Shown one piece after another: positions 48,108-59,194 of a stretch of DNA of 64,000 bases. The stretch is taken from NCBI GenBank assembly GCA_964647585.1, contig CAZYGG010000002.1:89735-153734 (forward strand), written 5' to 3'. Each line of letters begins with the position of its first letter. Positions within the stretch are counted from its first letter, which is position 1. Both the position numbers and the translations under genes were made by a program. This stretch comes from an uncultured Desulfobacterales bacterium. Lineage in GTDB: Bacteria; Desulfobacterota; Desulfobacteria; Desulfobacterales; CAJINA01. The notes below the pieces were generated by a model that saw only the letters and a program-made list of their open reading frames with translations, ran no database searches and was not told the DNA's origin.

Positions 48108-49298
48108 ATGAAAGCAGCACTATACAGTTACCTCGCCGAACAGACAGACAAGCTGCAAAAAGACGGCCTGTTCAAGGACGAACGGATTATCACCTCCCCG
48201 CAGCAGGCGGCGATAAGCGTTCAGGCTGGTGGGGACGTCCTCAACTTCTGCGCAAACAATTACCTGGGACTGTCTAACCGCCCGGAGCTGGTCCGGTCCG
48301 CTCAAAAAGCTTTGGAAAAGTACGGTTTCGGGATGTCTTCGGTGCGCTTTATCTGCGGCACGCTGGATATCCACAAAGCGCTGGAAAAGCGCATCAGCGA
48401 CTATCTGGGCCTGGAGGATACCATTCTCTACAGTTCCTGTTTTGATGCCAACGGCGGTCTTTTTGAAACCCTGCTGGGTGCCGAAGACGCCATCATCAGC
48501 GATGCCCTGAATCACGCCAGTATTATCGACGGGGTGCGGCTGTGCAAGGCCCGGCGCTTTCGGTATAACAACAACGATATGGTCGATCTGGAAACGCAGC
48601 TGCAGGCGGCCGCGAACTGCCGTTTCAAGCTGATCGCCACCGACGGTGTTTTCTCCATGGACGGCATCATCGCCGACCTGGGCGCCATCTGCGATCTGGC
48701 CGATAAATACGGTGCCCTGGTCATGGTCGATGATTCACACGCCGTCGGGTTTACCGGTGAAAATGGCCGGGGGTCGCATGAATACTGCGGCGTCATGGGG
48801 CGGGTGGACATTATCACCGGTACCCTGGGCAAGGCCCTGGGCGGGGCCTCCGGCGGGTATACCTCCGGTAAAAAGGAAATCGTTACCTGGCTGCGCCAGC
48901 GGTCGCGGCCCTACCTTTTTTCAAATACGCTGGCTCCGGTAATTACCGCCACTTCCATCGCGGTCCTGGACCTTTTGGAAGCGAGCGGGGAACTGCGTGA
49001 AAAATTGAAGTTCAACAGCCGCTATTTTCGGGAAGGACTGGCCGCGGCCGGTTTTGACCTGGTACCCGGCGAGCACCCGATCATCCCGGTCATGCTGGGA
49101 GACGCCGTTCTGGCCCAGCACATGGCCGCCCGGCTCCTGGAAGAGGGGATCTACGTGGTGGGTTTCAGCTTCCCGGTGGTGCCCAGAGGAAAGGCCCGCA
49201 TTCGGACCCAGATATCCGCCGGGCACGATAAGATGCATCTCGACCGGGCCCTGGCGGCGTTTACCAAAGTGGGCCGGGAACTGGAGGTTATCCCATGA
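48108..49298 (+). CDS. kbl: Glycine C-acetyltransferase (2-amino-3-ketobutyrate CoA ligase)
   Basis: An alpha-oxoamine synthase pattern, with NYLGL, DDSHAVG and the PLP lysine in GTLGKALGG. It is followed by tdh. Confidence 0.88.
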   Translation: MKAALYSYLAEQTDKLQKDGLFKDERIITSPQQAAISVQAGGDVLNFCANNYLGLSNRPELVRSAQKALEKYGFGMSSVRFICGTLDIHKALEKRISDYLGLEDTILYSSCFDANGGLFETLLGAEDAIISDALNHASIIDGVRLCKARRFRYNNNDMVDLETQLQAAANCRFKLIATDGVFSMDGIIADLGAICDLADKYGALVMVDDSHAVGFTGENGRGSHEYCGVMGRVDIITGTLGKALGGASGGYTSGKKEIVTWLRQRSRPYLFSNTLAPVITATSIAVLDLLEASGELREKLKFNSRYFREGLAAAGFDLVPGEHPIIPVMLGDAVLAQHMAARLLEEGIYVVGFSFPVVPRGKARIRTQISAGHDKMHLDRALAAFTKVGRELEVIP

Positions 49299-50329
49299 AA
49301 ACCATGCCGGCGTTGGTCAAACTCAAGCCTGAGTCGGGCATCTGGATGGACGCTGTCCCGGTCCCCGCCATCGGGCCGAACGATGTCCTGATTAAAATCA
49401 GGAAAACCGCTATTTGCGGTACCGATATTCACATCTACAACTGGGACGCGTGGTCGCAAAAAACAATCCCGGTGCCCATGACCATCGGGCACGAATTTGC
49501 GGGCGTTATTGAAAAGGCGGGCAGTGAAGTCGTGGGTCTCAAGGAAGGGGACCGGGTGTCCGGCGAAGGGCATCTGACCTGCGGCCACTGCCGCAACTGC
49601 CGGGCAGGTAAGCGCCACCTCTGCCGCAACACTATCGGTGTCGGGGTCAACCGCCCCGGCTGTTTTGCCCGGTACCTGAGTATTCCGGCGGTGAATGTTT
49701 TCCCGCTGCCGGAAAATATCGATGATGAAATCGGCTGCCTGCTCGACCCCCTGGGAAATGCCACCCATACGGCCCTTTCCTACGACCTGGTGGGTGAAGA
49801 TGTCCTGATAACCGGCGCCGGACCCATCGGCATCATGGCGGTGGCGGTTGCCCGGCATGTGGGCGCGCGGTTTGTGGTGATCACCGATGTCAATGACTAC
49901 CGGTTGAATCTGGCGAAGAAGATGGGGGCTACCCGGGTGGTGAACGTGACCCTCGAACGGGTCGCGGATGTGATGCCCCGGCTGGGTATGCGGGAAGGTT
50001 TCGACGTGGGCCTCGAGATGTCGGGGAACATGGATGCTTTCCGGGATATGCTATCCATCATGAACTATGGCGGTAAGGTGGCCCTGCTGGGTATCCCCCC
50101 GTCCCAGGCGGCCATTGACTGGACCCAGGTGATTTTCAAAGGGCTTTTCCTGAAGGGAATTTACGGCCGGGAGATGTTTGAGACCTGGTACAAGATGTCC
50201 ACCATGCTCCAGAGCAGCCTGGATATTGCGGCCATTATCACCCACCGGTTCAACGTGGCGGATTTCCAGGAGGCCTTTGAGGTGATGAACTCCGGGATGT
50301 CCGGTAAGGTGATTCTGGATTGGGAGTGA
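49295..50329 (+). CDS. tdh: L-threonine 3-dehydrogenase
   Basis: Zn-ADH motifs are [12 protein letters not shown] and [10 protein letters not shown]. The start overlaps the kbl stop as ATGA. Confidence 0.88.
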   Translation: MKTMPALVKLKPESGIWMDAVPVPAIGPNDVLIKIRKTAICGTDIHIYNWDAWSQKTIPVPMTIGHEFAGVIEKAGSEVVGLKEGDRVSGEGHLTCGHCRNCRAGKRHLCRNTIGVGVNRPGCFARYLSIPAVNVFPLPENIDDEIGCLLDPLGNATHTALSYDLVGEDVLITGAGPIGIMAVAVARHVGARFVVITDVNDYRLNLAKKMGATRVVNVTLERVADVMPRLGMREGFDVGLEMSGNMDAFRDMLSIMNYGGKVALLGIPPSQAAIDWTQVIFKGLFLKGIYGREMFETWYKMSTMLQSSLDIAAIITHRFNVADFQEAFEVMNSGMSGKVILDWE

Positions 50330-50376
50330 ATCCGGATATCCGGATTCACGGTTTTAAGTCTTAACACGGATTTATT

Positions 50377-51240
50377 ATGAATCGTTTTGTAGAGACACTT
50401 TACAACTCCTACGGACAGGCATTCGACATCGAAGAAGTCCTCTACGAAGAGAGGACTGATCATCAGCACTTACTTATTTTTCGCAACGCTCTCTTCGGGC
50501 GGGTGATGGTGCTTGACGGCGTCGTACAGACCACCGAAAAAGACGAGTTCGTCTACCACGAGATGCTGGCGCATGTGCCGATTCTGGCCCATGGCCGGGT
50601 AGCGCGGGTTCTGATCGTCGGCGGCGGTGACGGCGGCATGCTGCGCGAAGTATGCAAACACCGCGGTATCCAGACAGTAAATCTGGTGGAGCTGGACCGG
50701 AAGGTCGTGGACCTCTGTCGAAAGCACCTTCCCGGCCACTCACAGGGTGCTTTTGATGATCCGCGCCTGAAACTGGTTTTCGACGAAGGCTTGAATTTTG
50801 TAAACACCACTGCTGAAAAATTCGACGTAATTATCGTTGACAGCACCGATCCGATTGGCCCGGGCACAGCGCTGTTCAGCCGGGACTTTTATAGGGCCTG
50901 TAAACACTGCCTATTGCCCGGGGGGATTATGGTCACCCAGAACGGGGTCGTTTTCATGCAGCCAGATGAAGTGCGCACCACGGCGACACATCTGCGAGAC
51001 CTTTTTGAAGATTGGTCTTTCTACACAGCGGCCGTTCCGACTTACATTGGCGGGTGCATGACCTTCGGGTGGGCGTCAGACGATCCGGCTTTGCGCCAAA
51101 CCCGGGTGACTGACCTGCGGGCGCGTTTCCAGGCCGGTAAGCTTGCGACGCGGTATTATAATCCGGAAATTCATCTCGCCGCTTTTGCGCTGCCCCAGTA
51201 TGTCCGGGAGGCGATTGACAAGCTGGATGAGCCGATCTGA
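50377..51240 (+). CDS. speE: Spermidine synthase (polyamine aminopropyltransferase)
   Basis: Motifs are QHLLIFRN...VMVLDGVVQTTEKDEFVYHEML, VLIVGGGDGGMLRE and DSTDPIGPG. Confidence 0.9.
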   Translation: MNRFVETLYNSYGQAFDIEEVLYEERTDHQHLLIFRNALFGRVMVLDGVVQTTEKDEFVYHEMLAHVPILAHGRVARVLIVGGGDGGMLREVCKHRGIQTVNLVELDRKVVDLCRKHLPGHSQGAFDDPRLKLVFDEGLNFVNTTAEKFDVIIVDSTDPIGPGTALFSRDFYRACKHCLLPGGIMVTQNGVVFMQPDEVRTTATHLRDLFEDWSFYTAAVPTYIGGCMTFGWASDDPALRQTRVTDLRARFQAGKLATRYYNPEIHLAAFALPQYVREAIDKLDEPI

Positions 51241-51249
51241 CGAATAGGA

Positions 51250-54228
51250 TCAGCACCCTTGCATAGAGCGGTCTTTATTATCCAACACAGTTCGAATGGC
51301 GCTCGAAAGTTCTTTCATCATAACCGGCTTCAGTAAAAATCCTTTAATCCCCAGAGCCGCTGCTTTCTCTTTTGACATCGTTTCGCTGAATCCGGTGCAC
51401 AGGATAACCGGTATGTCAGGTCGAATTTTAATCAGCTCTCTGGCAAGTTTATCTCCGGTTATGTGCGGCATCGTCATGTCAGTGATGACAAGATCAAAAC
51501 TGTCCGGGTTTGCACGAAAATTATCCAACGCATCGGCACCGCTGGTGTTTGCGGTAACCTGGTATCCAAGTGCTTCTAAAATTTCCTGCTCAATATCGAT
51601 AACATCGTTTTGATCATCGACCAGAAGGACATGTTCATTACCGGTTTGAAGCGGTTGCGTTTCAATTTGGGCTGTTTCTTGAAAGGCTTCTATCATCGGC
51701 AGGTAAACATGGAATTCAGTTCCCTTGCCCGGCTCGCTGTCCACACGGATATACCCTTCGTGACTTTTCACAATGCCATGTATGACTGCCAGGCCCAAAC
51801 CGGTGCCCTTACCCTCTTCCTTGGTTGTAAAGTAGGGATCAAATATTCGGTTTATTACCCTTGGGTGCATGCCTGGCCCGGTGTCAGCTACAGTTAGCTG
51901 GACATATTTACCCGGTATCATGGTTTTATTTTTCAGGTCTTTGGCGGCCAACTCAACTTCTACCAGAACTATTTTTAATTCCCCGCCGGTTTCCTCCATG
52001 GCGTGGTAGGCGTTTGTACACAGATTCATTATGATCTGGTGTATTTGCGTATGGTCCGCCAGGACCAGTCCGCAATCTTTTTGTATCCTCTGGCGTATAA
52101 AGATGGTACTCGGCAGTAAGGATTTAATCAGATTCAGGGCTTCTTTGATGACAAGCTGAATATGCATCGGGTTGCGTTCATTCACTGATTGGCGGCTAAA
52201 TGTTAAAATTTGCTCCACCAGTTCCTTGGCGCGATATCCGGCTTTGAATATTGATTCCAGGCAGACCAGCATTTCGGGGTCGTTTTGCAATTTTATTTTC
52301 ATAAGTTCGGTATACCCGAAAATACCGGAAAGGATATTGTTAAAATCATGTGCTATCCCGCCAGCCAATGTGCCGATAGATTCCATTTTTTGAGCTTGCT
52401 GAAGTTGTTTTTCTAATTTGTCCTTTTCCGCCTGGGCGAGTTTCCTTTCAGAAATATCGCGGCCAAAGCTGACGACGCCGTTGACTTTCCCCTCCATCAA
52501 TAGGGGGGCCGTATTCACTGCAAGGGTAAGTATTTCGCCTTCTTTTGTCCTCAATCTCAGTTCATATTGAGCGGCTTCGCCTTTGAGCCCTTTTTCGAAT
52601 ATTTCCATAAACATTGGCAAATCTTCTTCTAGAATGAGGGGGACAAATGATTTCCCAACCCATTCTTTTAATTTAAATCCGGTAACTTCTTCGGCTTGCT
52701 TGTTAAAGAAAGTAATGTTGCCCGATGTATCTAAAGTCCATATCATGTCATTAGAGCGTTCAACCATCGTGCGATATTGTTCTTCTGACTGTTTAAGTTT
52801 TTCTTCCGCAACTTTACGCTCGGTAATGTCCCGTACAACCGCCAGGATCATGGGACGACCGCTCAACTCAATAACTGCAGAGTTAATTTCAACTGGAAAT
52901 TCCTCTCCCGACTTAGTGACATGGGTCGCCTCGAAGATCAGCCGTTTCGAACCACGTAGTCTCTGGCGGTGGTCGCGGGCGGAATGGGTGTTGGCGTCGG
53001 ATTTCTTCGTTATATCAGGAGCCCTTAATGCAAGAATTTCCTCACGGGTGTAGCCGTAACGTTTACAGGCGGTGTCGTTGACATCAACAAAAGGCGCAAA
53101 TCCCTCTTCGAGCAGTGGATGCAGGAATACAGGGTCATTGATCGCGTTGAAGGTTACCCGCGTTCTCTCCTCACCTTCCCGCAGTACATTTTCCACCCGC
53201 TTCTGTTCGGTAATGTCGCGTAGCGTTATAACCTGTCCCAGGGCTGGCCCCTGTTTGTCATTAAGGGTGGAAACATGTATGTCGTAGATACCTTCATGGC
53301 CTTCGATAAACAAACTGACCTCGGTTGTCTTCATTTCATCAGGCAGTTTGGACAACTGCGGATAATCCACGAATATCTGCCTGACATCCCGGCCTATATT
53401 CTCATTAACACAAATGTTAAACAGGGATTCAGCGGCCAAATTCATATCCGTAACACGGTTTTTGATGTCAAGGACAAGGATGGCGTTGTCCAACTTCTTG
53501 AAGATTTCCGCCCGGGCGATGGGCAGAATATCTAAAAAGCTGTAACGGAAAAAACCCCACGCCATGGCACCCGCTACAATAGTGAAGGCTATGGGGCCGA
53601 TATCCATGTTGGGTATGGGGCTGTTTCCCGAAACATAAACGCCGTTCACCACCCAGACAATTACTACCGCAGACAGGAACACACGAGCCTGGGAGCGATA
53701 AAACCCAGCCGAGGTGAGCATCTGAAAAATCAGGATCGCGCTTAACGCCGCCAGTAAAAAATAATGATATACAATGATAACCCACCACATGAAGCCATGT
53801 TTCAACCCGAGCATTGGAAATGGACCCGTGTTGATGGTGTAGAAGTCAGTGAAAATGAGATTGTGACTGGCGTTTGTCCAAACCAGGAGGATAATTGTGA
53901 CTGCAATGAGGAAAAGCAATGACACCCTCGTTCGCGTGATCAAGGATTCAAAACCGAAAAAGGAGATGGCGAACAGAAGCGCCAGGGGTGGCAGAGGGGC
54001 AACCCCCAAGTACTGGAGCTTGGTTATGAGTATATTGGTCTTGATATCCAGGCCCAAATAGAGGAGGCCCTCAGTTGCGGCCCAAACTGAAGCAGACAGG
54101 CATAGGGAAATCAAATACCATGCGCCGCGCGCCCGGCGCCGGCGATAGGTAAACAGGGCAACAACGAAGATTAATATCGCGGCTGCGAAAAAGGGGGTAC
54201 AGTAGCCCACCATGGGCCTCATGATCAC
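51250..54228 (-). CDS. Hybrid sensor histidine kinase (N-terminal 7TM domain, PAS repeats, HisKA-HATPase, receiver)
   Basis: Has seven N-terminal TM segments and three PAS-like blocks. The H-box is IAHDFNNIL, the G-box is GTGLGLAVIHG, and the C-terminal receiver has VLLVDDQ...ITDMTMPHITG. Confidence 0.88.
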   Translation of the reverse strand: MIMRPMVGYCTPFFAAAILIFVVALFTYRRRRARGAWYLISLCLSASVWAATEGLLYLGLDIKTNILITKLQYLGVAPLPPLALLFAISFFGFESLITRTRVSLLFLIAVTIILLVWTNASHNLIFTDFYTINTGPFPMLGLKHGFMWWVIIVYHYFLLAALSAILIFQMLTSAGFYRSQARVFLSAVVIVWVVNGVYVSGNSPIPNMDIGPIAFTIVAGAMAWGFFRYSFLDILPIARAEIFKKLDNAILVLDIKNRVTDMNLAAESLFNICVNENIGRDVRQIFVDYPQLSKLPDEMKTTEVSLFIEGHEGIYDIHVSTLNDKQGPALGQVITLRDITEQKRVENVLREGEERTRVTFNAINDPVFLHPLLEEGFAPFVDVNDTACKRYGYTREEILALRAPDITKKSDANTHSARDHRQRLRGSKRLIFEATHVTKSGEEFPVEINSAVIELSGRPMILAVVRDITERKVAEEKLKQSEEQYRTMVERSNDMIWTLDTSGNITFFNKQAEEVTGFKLKEWVGKSFVPLILEEDLPMFMEIFEKGLKGEAAQYELRLRTKEGEILTLAVNTAPLLMEGKVNGVVSFGRDISERKLAQAEKDKLEKQLQQAQKMESIGTLAGGIAHDFNNILSGIFGYTELMKIKLQNDPEMLVCLESIFKAGYRAKELVEQILTFSRQSVNERNPMHIQLVIKEALNLIKSLLPSTIFIRQRIQKDCGLVLADHTQIHQIIMNLCTNAYHAMEETGGELKIVLVEVELAAKDLKNKTMIPGKYVQLTVADTGPGMHPRVINRIFDPYFTTKEEGKGTGLGLAVIHGIVKSHEGYIRVDSEPGKGTEFHVYLPMIEAFQETAQIETQPLQTGNEHVLLVDDQNDVIDIEQEILEALGYQVTANTSGADALDNFRANPDSFDLVITDMTMPHITGDKLARELIKIRPDIPVILCTGFSETMSKEKAAALGIKGFLLKPVMMKELSSAIRTVLDNKDRSMQGC

Positions 54229-54316
54229 CTCATTTTGTTCACGAAGCTGATCTTAGAAGAGGGACGCCTACCTTTCATGAACTATTCCCGGCTGCGATGC
54301 CCGGGCTTACCTGATC

Positions 54317-54928
54317 TTACGGTGCCAGCGTCTTGATAGCGTCTGCTATCAGGGCGCTGATTTTGGCTAACGTTTTACTCTGGGCGGCTACCAGCCCCTC
54401 ATAATCAGGTGTTTCCACGGGCTCGCGAATTTCGGTGCGTGTTACGTGCAGGGGTGTCGACACGCCGTTTTTCTTCAGGCTCCAGGTGACATCCAGCAAC
54501 ACTTCACTTTGCAGATTACCGTCAAAGCGGTTGATATTGAGCACTACATGGTGGGTGAACGGGAAGAGGCCCTCACGGTTGTGGGGCGCCACTTTTTCGG
54601 TTCCCAGCCGGGTGGCCAGGTTGGCGCTTACCACCGCCGCGATGTTGTCCTGGAGCGGTCCGGCCCAGCGGCTAAGCTCGGCCATGATTAACCGGTTGCC
54701 GGCATCCCGGGTAACAATTTGTTTCCGGTCCAGTTCTGCCGGTATCGTGACCGGACCGACAGCAATGGCCATGTCCGGTGAGAGGGTGGCAGCCGGCCCG
54801 GATGCAGGGGTTGCGCCCAGCGCGTAAAAATCCGATTTGGGGGATTTGCCGGTGCACCCGGCCAGCCATACCATACCAACGAGAAAGCTGATCAGAGTAA
54901 ATAGAAAACGAGATTTAGACGGTATCAT
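54317..54928 (-). CDS. pqiC: PqiC-like lipoprotein (ABC-type transport auxiliary component)
   Basis: Has the lipobox LAGC and lies directly downstream of pqiB, overlapping it by 4 nt. Confidence 0.75.
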   Translation of the reverse strand: MIPSKSRFLFTLISFLVGMVWLAGCTGKSPKSDFYALGATPASGPAATLSPDMAIAVGPVTIPAELDRKQIVTRDAGNRLIMAELSRWAGPLQDNIAAVVSANLATRLGTEKVAPHNREGLFPFTHHVVLNINRFDGNLQSEVLLDVTWSLKKNGVSTPLHVTRTEIREPVETPDYEGLVAAQSKTLAKISALIADAIKTLAP

Positions 54929-56598
54929 TCGTCACTTCCTTTCCCGCTGATAATAGATTCGGGGTGCCGTTCCAGGTAATCCATCAGCTGGCGCAGGGAT
55001 CGCGAGGCCCGGGCAACTTCATCGAGGGCGGATTTCATCCTGATCTGCAGGGGCGAGTCGGTTTTCAGTATTTCACCGGCATTTTCCATTGCCTGGCGGG
55101 CCTCTGCGAGGGTGGCGGTCAACTGGGGCGCGACGGTTGAGCGCAGGTCGCTGATCATGAGCCGGGCTTCTTCTATGGTCGTATCCAGGTTTTTCAGAGA
55201 CCGGGCCAGTTCCGGGGAGTCCACCAACCGTTTGGCTCCGTGCACGGCCGCCTGGAGGTCCTTGCCGATCTGTTCGATGGGCATTTTGTCCATGCGGTCA
55301 ATGATACGGGCGACTTTGACTTTGATCTGCTGAATGGTTTTAGGAATCGTCGGGAATATCGGGTAGGGTTCCCGCCAGATGATGGTTGCGGGGGCCGCAT
55401 CCGGAAAACGGCTGAGAGTGACAATCAACTGCCCGGTCAGAAGGTTTCCGGTTTCCAGCTGGGCCCGGTAGCCCTGTTTTACCAGGCCTTCAATCAGCTT
55501 GCGGCGCTTTTCATCAGTCAGGGGGCCAGCAAACGTGAACACCCTTTCCGGTTCAAATTCAACCAGTACCGGGATGCGAAAGTCCTTTTTGTGGTTGTCA
55601 TATTCAAGGCTGACATCCAGAACCTGGCCGACCCGGATACCCTGGACTTCGACCGGGGCCCCTGGAGAAAGCCCGCGCACGGTTTCGTCGAAATAGATGA
55701 GCCAGCGCTCTTTGTCCAGGTAGGCCGTTTCCCGGGCCTTGTCCAGGTTGTCGTAGAGAATAAATTCGGAATCTTCTGGGGCTTCCAAATCAGGTTCGGT
55801 GCCCTGGGGAATGCCGAAAGAGATGCCGCCGACCAGCAGGCTGACCACCGAGTCGGTGTCGATCCGGACGCCCTGGCTGTCCAGCTTGACATCGATACCG
55901 CTGGCGTTCCAGAAGCGCGTATTTTTATACACAAAGCGGTGGTAGGGTGCGTTGATGAAGACTTTCAAGGTTACGATTTTTCCATCTTCGGAGAGGTTGT
56001 AGTTTACAACCTGGCCGGCTTCGATCTGGCGATATAAAACGGGCGATCCTGTGTCGATGGAACCCCGGCGGAGGGCCTTCATGTAAAAGCTGCGGCCCGG
56101 GGCATCGGTGGTGACGGCGGGCGGTTCTTCAATACCCTGGAAAGATTCGATGAAAGACCCGGGTTTTCCAGGATCCAAGGTGATGTAGGCCCCCGAAAAA
56201 AGGGTGCCCAGACCGGAGACACCCTTGGCGGCTACCCGCGCCCGGACCACCCAGAAACGCGTGTTCTCTGACAAAAAAGTTTCGGCGTTTTTAGCCAGCG
56301 CGGCGGTGACGATAACCCTGGACAGGTCCTCACTGAGTTCGATTTTGGTAACCTTGCCCAGATCGACTTCCTTGTACTTGATCCTGGTCTTGCCGGCTTC
56401 CAGCCCATTGGCGGATTTAAAGGTGATGGTGATGGTCGGGCCTTTTTCAGAGAGGGTTTTGTAAACCAGCCAGCCGCCGATGCAAAACGCGATAACGGGT
56501 ATCATCCAGACAAGGGATATGAACCGGTTTCTGGGTGGCTGGACACTGGCTACCGGGATGTCATCTTCAATCGGGATTCCTTGTTCCACGTCACTCAT
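54925..56598 (-). CDS. pqiB: PqiB-like multi-MCE-domain intermembrane transport protein
   Basis: Has an N-terminal TM anchor, repeated MCE-like modules and a C-terminal helical region. Confidence 0.85.
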   Translation of the reverse strand: MSDVEQGIPIEDDIPVASVQPPRNRFISLVWMIPVIAFCIGGWLVYKTLSEKGPTITITFKSANGLEAGKTRIKYKEVDLGKVTKIELSEDLSRVIVTAALAKNAETFLSENTRFWVVRARVAAKGVSGLGTLFSGAYITLDPGKPGSFIESFQGIEEPPAVTTDAPGRSFYMKALRRGSIDTGSPVLYRQIEAGQVVNYNLSEDGKIVTLKVFINAPYHRFVYKNTRFWNASGIDVKLDSQGVRIDTDSVVSLLVGGISFGIPQGTEPDLEAPEDSEFILYDNLDKARETAYLDKERWLIYFDETVRGLSPGAPVEVQGIRVGQVLDVSLEYDNHKKDFRIPVLVEFEPERVFTFAGPLTDEKRRKLIEGLVKQGYRAQLETGNLLTGQLIVTLSRFPDAAPATIIWREPYPIFPTIPKTIQQIKVKVARIIDRMDKMPIEQIGKDLQAAVHGAKRLVDSPELARSLKNLDTTIEEARLMISDLRSTVAPQLTATLAEARQAMENAGEILKTDSPLQIRMKSALDEVARASRSLRQLMDYLERHPESIISGKGSDE

Positions 56599-57829
56599 GT
56601 GCGTTGCTCTCCGTATCCCAGATCAGTCGGGGGTCAAATGTGATGGCGGCAAACATGGTAATCACGACAACTGCGGCAAAGTAGATCGCCGCGTCTTCCA
56701 CCTTGACCGTGGCAATCTGGCCGAGGTTCACCAGGGCAATCAAGACGGTTATAGCAAAAATATCGACCATGGACCAGCGGCCGATGGCTTCGGTTACGCG
56801 GTACAGCCGGGTCCGGTCTTTCGGTCGCCAGGTGGATTTGCGCTGAACACTGATGAGCAGAAAGGACAAAATCACAAGTTTCACAAGGGGCACCATAATG
56901 CTGGCGGTGAAGATGATCAGGGCCAGGTGCCACATCCCTTCTTCCACAAAATATATGACGCCGCTCAGGATGGTATCCGTTTTTTCGTCACCAAATGAAA
57001 CGATGTTGGTGATGGGAAAAAGGTTGGCCGGTATGTAGAAAATGACCGCGGTCAGCACCAGGGCCCAGGTGCGTGATACGCTGAATTTTTTACGCCGGTG
57101 CAAGCGCGCCCCGCAGCGCGGGCACTTCAGTTTAGCATTTATTTCCAGTCCCCCGCAGAGCAGGTGGCAGGTCCGGCAACTGATCACACCGCCGGTGTTG
57201 AAATGGCATTTTTCAGATATTTTACGGGCTGTGTCCCACTTTTTCCAAATCTGGTGTGGGTCGAAAGTGGTGATGATAGCCGCGATGACAAAAGTGAACG
57301 CCATAAAAGCGTACAGGGAAATGCCGTAGGTAAGTTCGCCATCCTTGGTGAGTTTGACGACGGTCACCAGGATACCCAGCATGAAGATTTCGATCATACT
57401 CCAGGGTGCGGTCGCCTGCAGGGTGCGCAGAACACGCGGCAGGCCGGGAACAATTTTGCCAAACCGCAGGGGCAGCAGGATATAAAGCAGGCCCAGCAGC
57501 TGGATGGCCGGTGCGATGAAAGCGACCAGCAGGACCAGCAGTCCCACGTGCCACCACCCCTGGGCAAAGAACACCTGGATCCCCGTGATCAGGGTGGTCT
57601 CCTCCATCTGACCGCTCATGCGAAATGAAATAAACGGAAACGTGTTGATCAGGATAAACAACACGATACCCGCCAGGGTCAGCGCCAGGGTTTTGTCGAC
57701 GCAGTCGGCTTTGTGTTTATACAGCAATGCGCCGCAGCGTAAGCACCGCGCAGATCCGCGGACCGGAACGTCCGGTATCTTCTGTACCAGTTCACAGTCG
57801 TGACAGGCTATGAGGGGGTTGGCTTCCAT
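56591..57829 (-). CDS. pqiA: PqiA-like (paraquat-inducible protein A family) membrane protein
   Basis: Has two repeats, each with a CxxC...CxRCG zinc-finger-like motif plus 4 TM segments. The ATG at 57829 was chosen because the longer track start translates a family G TIR-like motif. Confidence 0.85.
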   Translation of the reverse strand: MEANPLIACHDCELVQKIPDVPVRGSARCLRCGALLYKHKADCVDKTLALTLAGIVLFILINTFPFISFRMSGQMEETTLITGIQVFFAQGWWHVGLLVLLVAFIAPAIQLLGLLYILLPLRFGKIVPGLPRVLRTLQATAPWSMIEIFMLGILVTVVKLTKDGELTYGISLYAFMAFTFVIAAIITTFDPHQIWKKWDTARKISEKCHFNTGGVISCRTCHLLCGGLEINAKLKCPRCGARLHRRKKFSVSRTWALVLTAVIFYIPANLFPITNIVSFGDEKTDTILSGVIYFVEEGMWHLALIIFTASIMVPLVKLVILSFLLISVQRKSTWRPKDRTRLYRVTEAIGRWSMVDIFAITVLIALVNLGQIATVKVEDAAIYFAAVVVITMFAAITFDPRLIWDTESNAHE

Positions 57830-58075
57830 GGGCCTGATTGGTTGATTTTTGAGATAGCCTCTAATTATTTCGGAAATCTCAGCGCCCCTCAATAGGGCCG
57901 GTCCTACGCCGGGTTACGCTGAAGGGCATCATTTAGAAACAGCCCCTAAGGCAATCTTTTATTCTTTACTAAAGATAGGGGGGGTTGTCAAACGGGTTTG
58001 TGGCGGAACTCCTTGAATTTCTAATGAATTTTATCGCGGTTAGGGGGCGTTGACCCGAGATGGCAGGCGCGCAAG

Positions 58076-58110
58076 AAAAAAAGCCGCCCCGGAAAGGGGT
58101 CGGCTTTTTT
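58076..58110 (-). terminator. Rho-independent terminator after the Spy/CpxP-like gene
   Basis: aaaaaagccgcccc-ggaaa-ggggtcggctttttt. It is symmetric, with T-runs on both strands. Confidence 0.75.
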
Positions 58111-58131
58111 CATAGATGCTAAGTCAGCTGT

Positions 58132-58893
58132 CTACTGCCCGACGATCACCATCATGTGAAACAGGGCCATTTTCTGCTCAACGGTAAGGACGTCCTTGGC
58201 CCGTAGAATATGGGAGACCTTGTTTTCGACAATTTTGGCACCGATGTCGGCGATGGCAGTTATGAGTTTGTTTACCTTTTTGGGGTCTCTTTCGGGTGAC
58301 AGCAGTTCATCCCGCAGGTCGAGAAGTTTGTATTGCAGAGCCAGTTCATGTTTGATGCTCCGGATTTCCATATCCGCGCGGTATTGAAGCAGTTTTTTTA
58401 CCTGCGCGCTGGTCAGGTCCAGGTCCAGGGCCGGTAGGTCAAGTTCCAGGTAGTAGGAATAACTGTCCGGCAGGTCCATATGAAACTCGGTCAGCTTACT
58501 TAGAATGATTACGCGCTGCTCTTCGGTAAAAACATCCTTGGCTTTGAGGAAATACGCAACCCTGAGTTTAAGCATATCGCCACCCAGAGCCGTCAATGTT
58601 TTTATCTGTCGGTTGACTATTTTGGCACTGGCCCTGTTTTTGGCTTCCGAGTCCCAGCGGTCCGCTTTACGCAGTTCCTGGGCCAACGCCGTGCGCGTGT
58701 TTTCGATTTTGGCATTGAGTTCAAGTTCTTCTGCGCTGAAGGTCTCGACAATCTCACCTAGTTTTTTGATTTGCGCTTTGGTCAGGTTGAGGTCGGAAAC
58801 AAAATCGGTATTTTTAGCCAGGGCTGTATGAGTCCCCAGAAACAGTGCCAAAATGGTGATAAAAGAAATAAGCAAGGTTTTGCGTGTCCGCAT
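58132..58893 (-). CDS. Periplasmic Spy/CpxP-family (LTxxQ motif) protein, internally duplicated
   Basis: The ATG at 58893 follows AAGGAGGAG. It has a signal peptide (LALFLGTHTALA) and four LTxxQ-type motifs: LTKAQ, FTEEQ, LTSAQ and LTVEQ. Confidence 0.75.
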   Translation of the reverse strand: MRTRKTLLISFITILALFLGTHTALAKNTDFVSDLNLTKAQIKKLGEIVETFSAEELELNAKIENTRTALAQELRKADRWDSEAKNRASAKIVNRQIKTLTALGGDMLKLRVAYFLKAKDVFTEEQRVIILSKLTEFHMDLPDSYSYYLELDLPALDLDLTSAQVKKLLQYRADMEIRSIKHELALQYKLLDLRDELLSPERDPKKVNKLITAIADIGAKIVENKVSHILRAKDVLTVEQKMALFHMMVIVGQ

Positions 58894-59044
58894 GCTCTCC
58901 TCCTTCTTAATAGATGTGGCTGTGCCGTCGAGGCAGATTTCAGTATTCGGGAATGAAATAGGAACAACCCCTAAGCCACTGCATAAATTAGATACCAGAT
59001 AGTAAGTAGTTTTGGTGAAATGTCCAACCGGTTCTATAGAAACC

Positions 59045-59175
59045 ATCTAAAAAATTGATTTTGGTACCCTGACAAAGTGTGCGGGATCTACGACAAGTGC
59101 GGCGGTCGCAAGGATTAAACCGGAGGTGCCAGCGAAGCCAATGCCGGGATTGGGCTAAAAGACTTTTTTGATAGC
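59045..59175. mobile_element. Family G MITE-like element, short variant
   Basis: Aligns with 20957-21154 across both ends and the core (gtgtgcgggatctacgacaagt...aaccggaggtgccagcgaagccaatgcc...aaaagacttttttgatagc), apart from a deletion of about 55 bp. Confidence 0.75.
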
Positions 59176-59194
59176 GCCTAACCGGAGAGACGGT

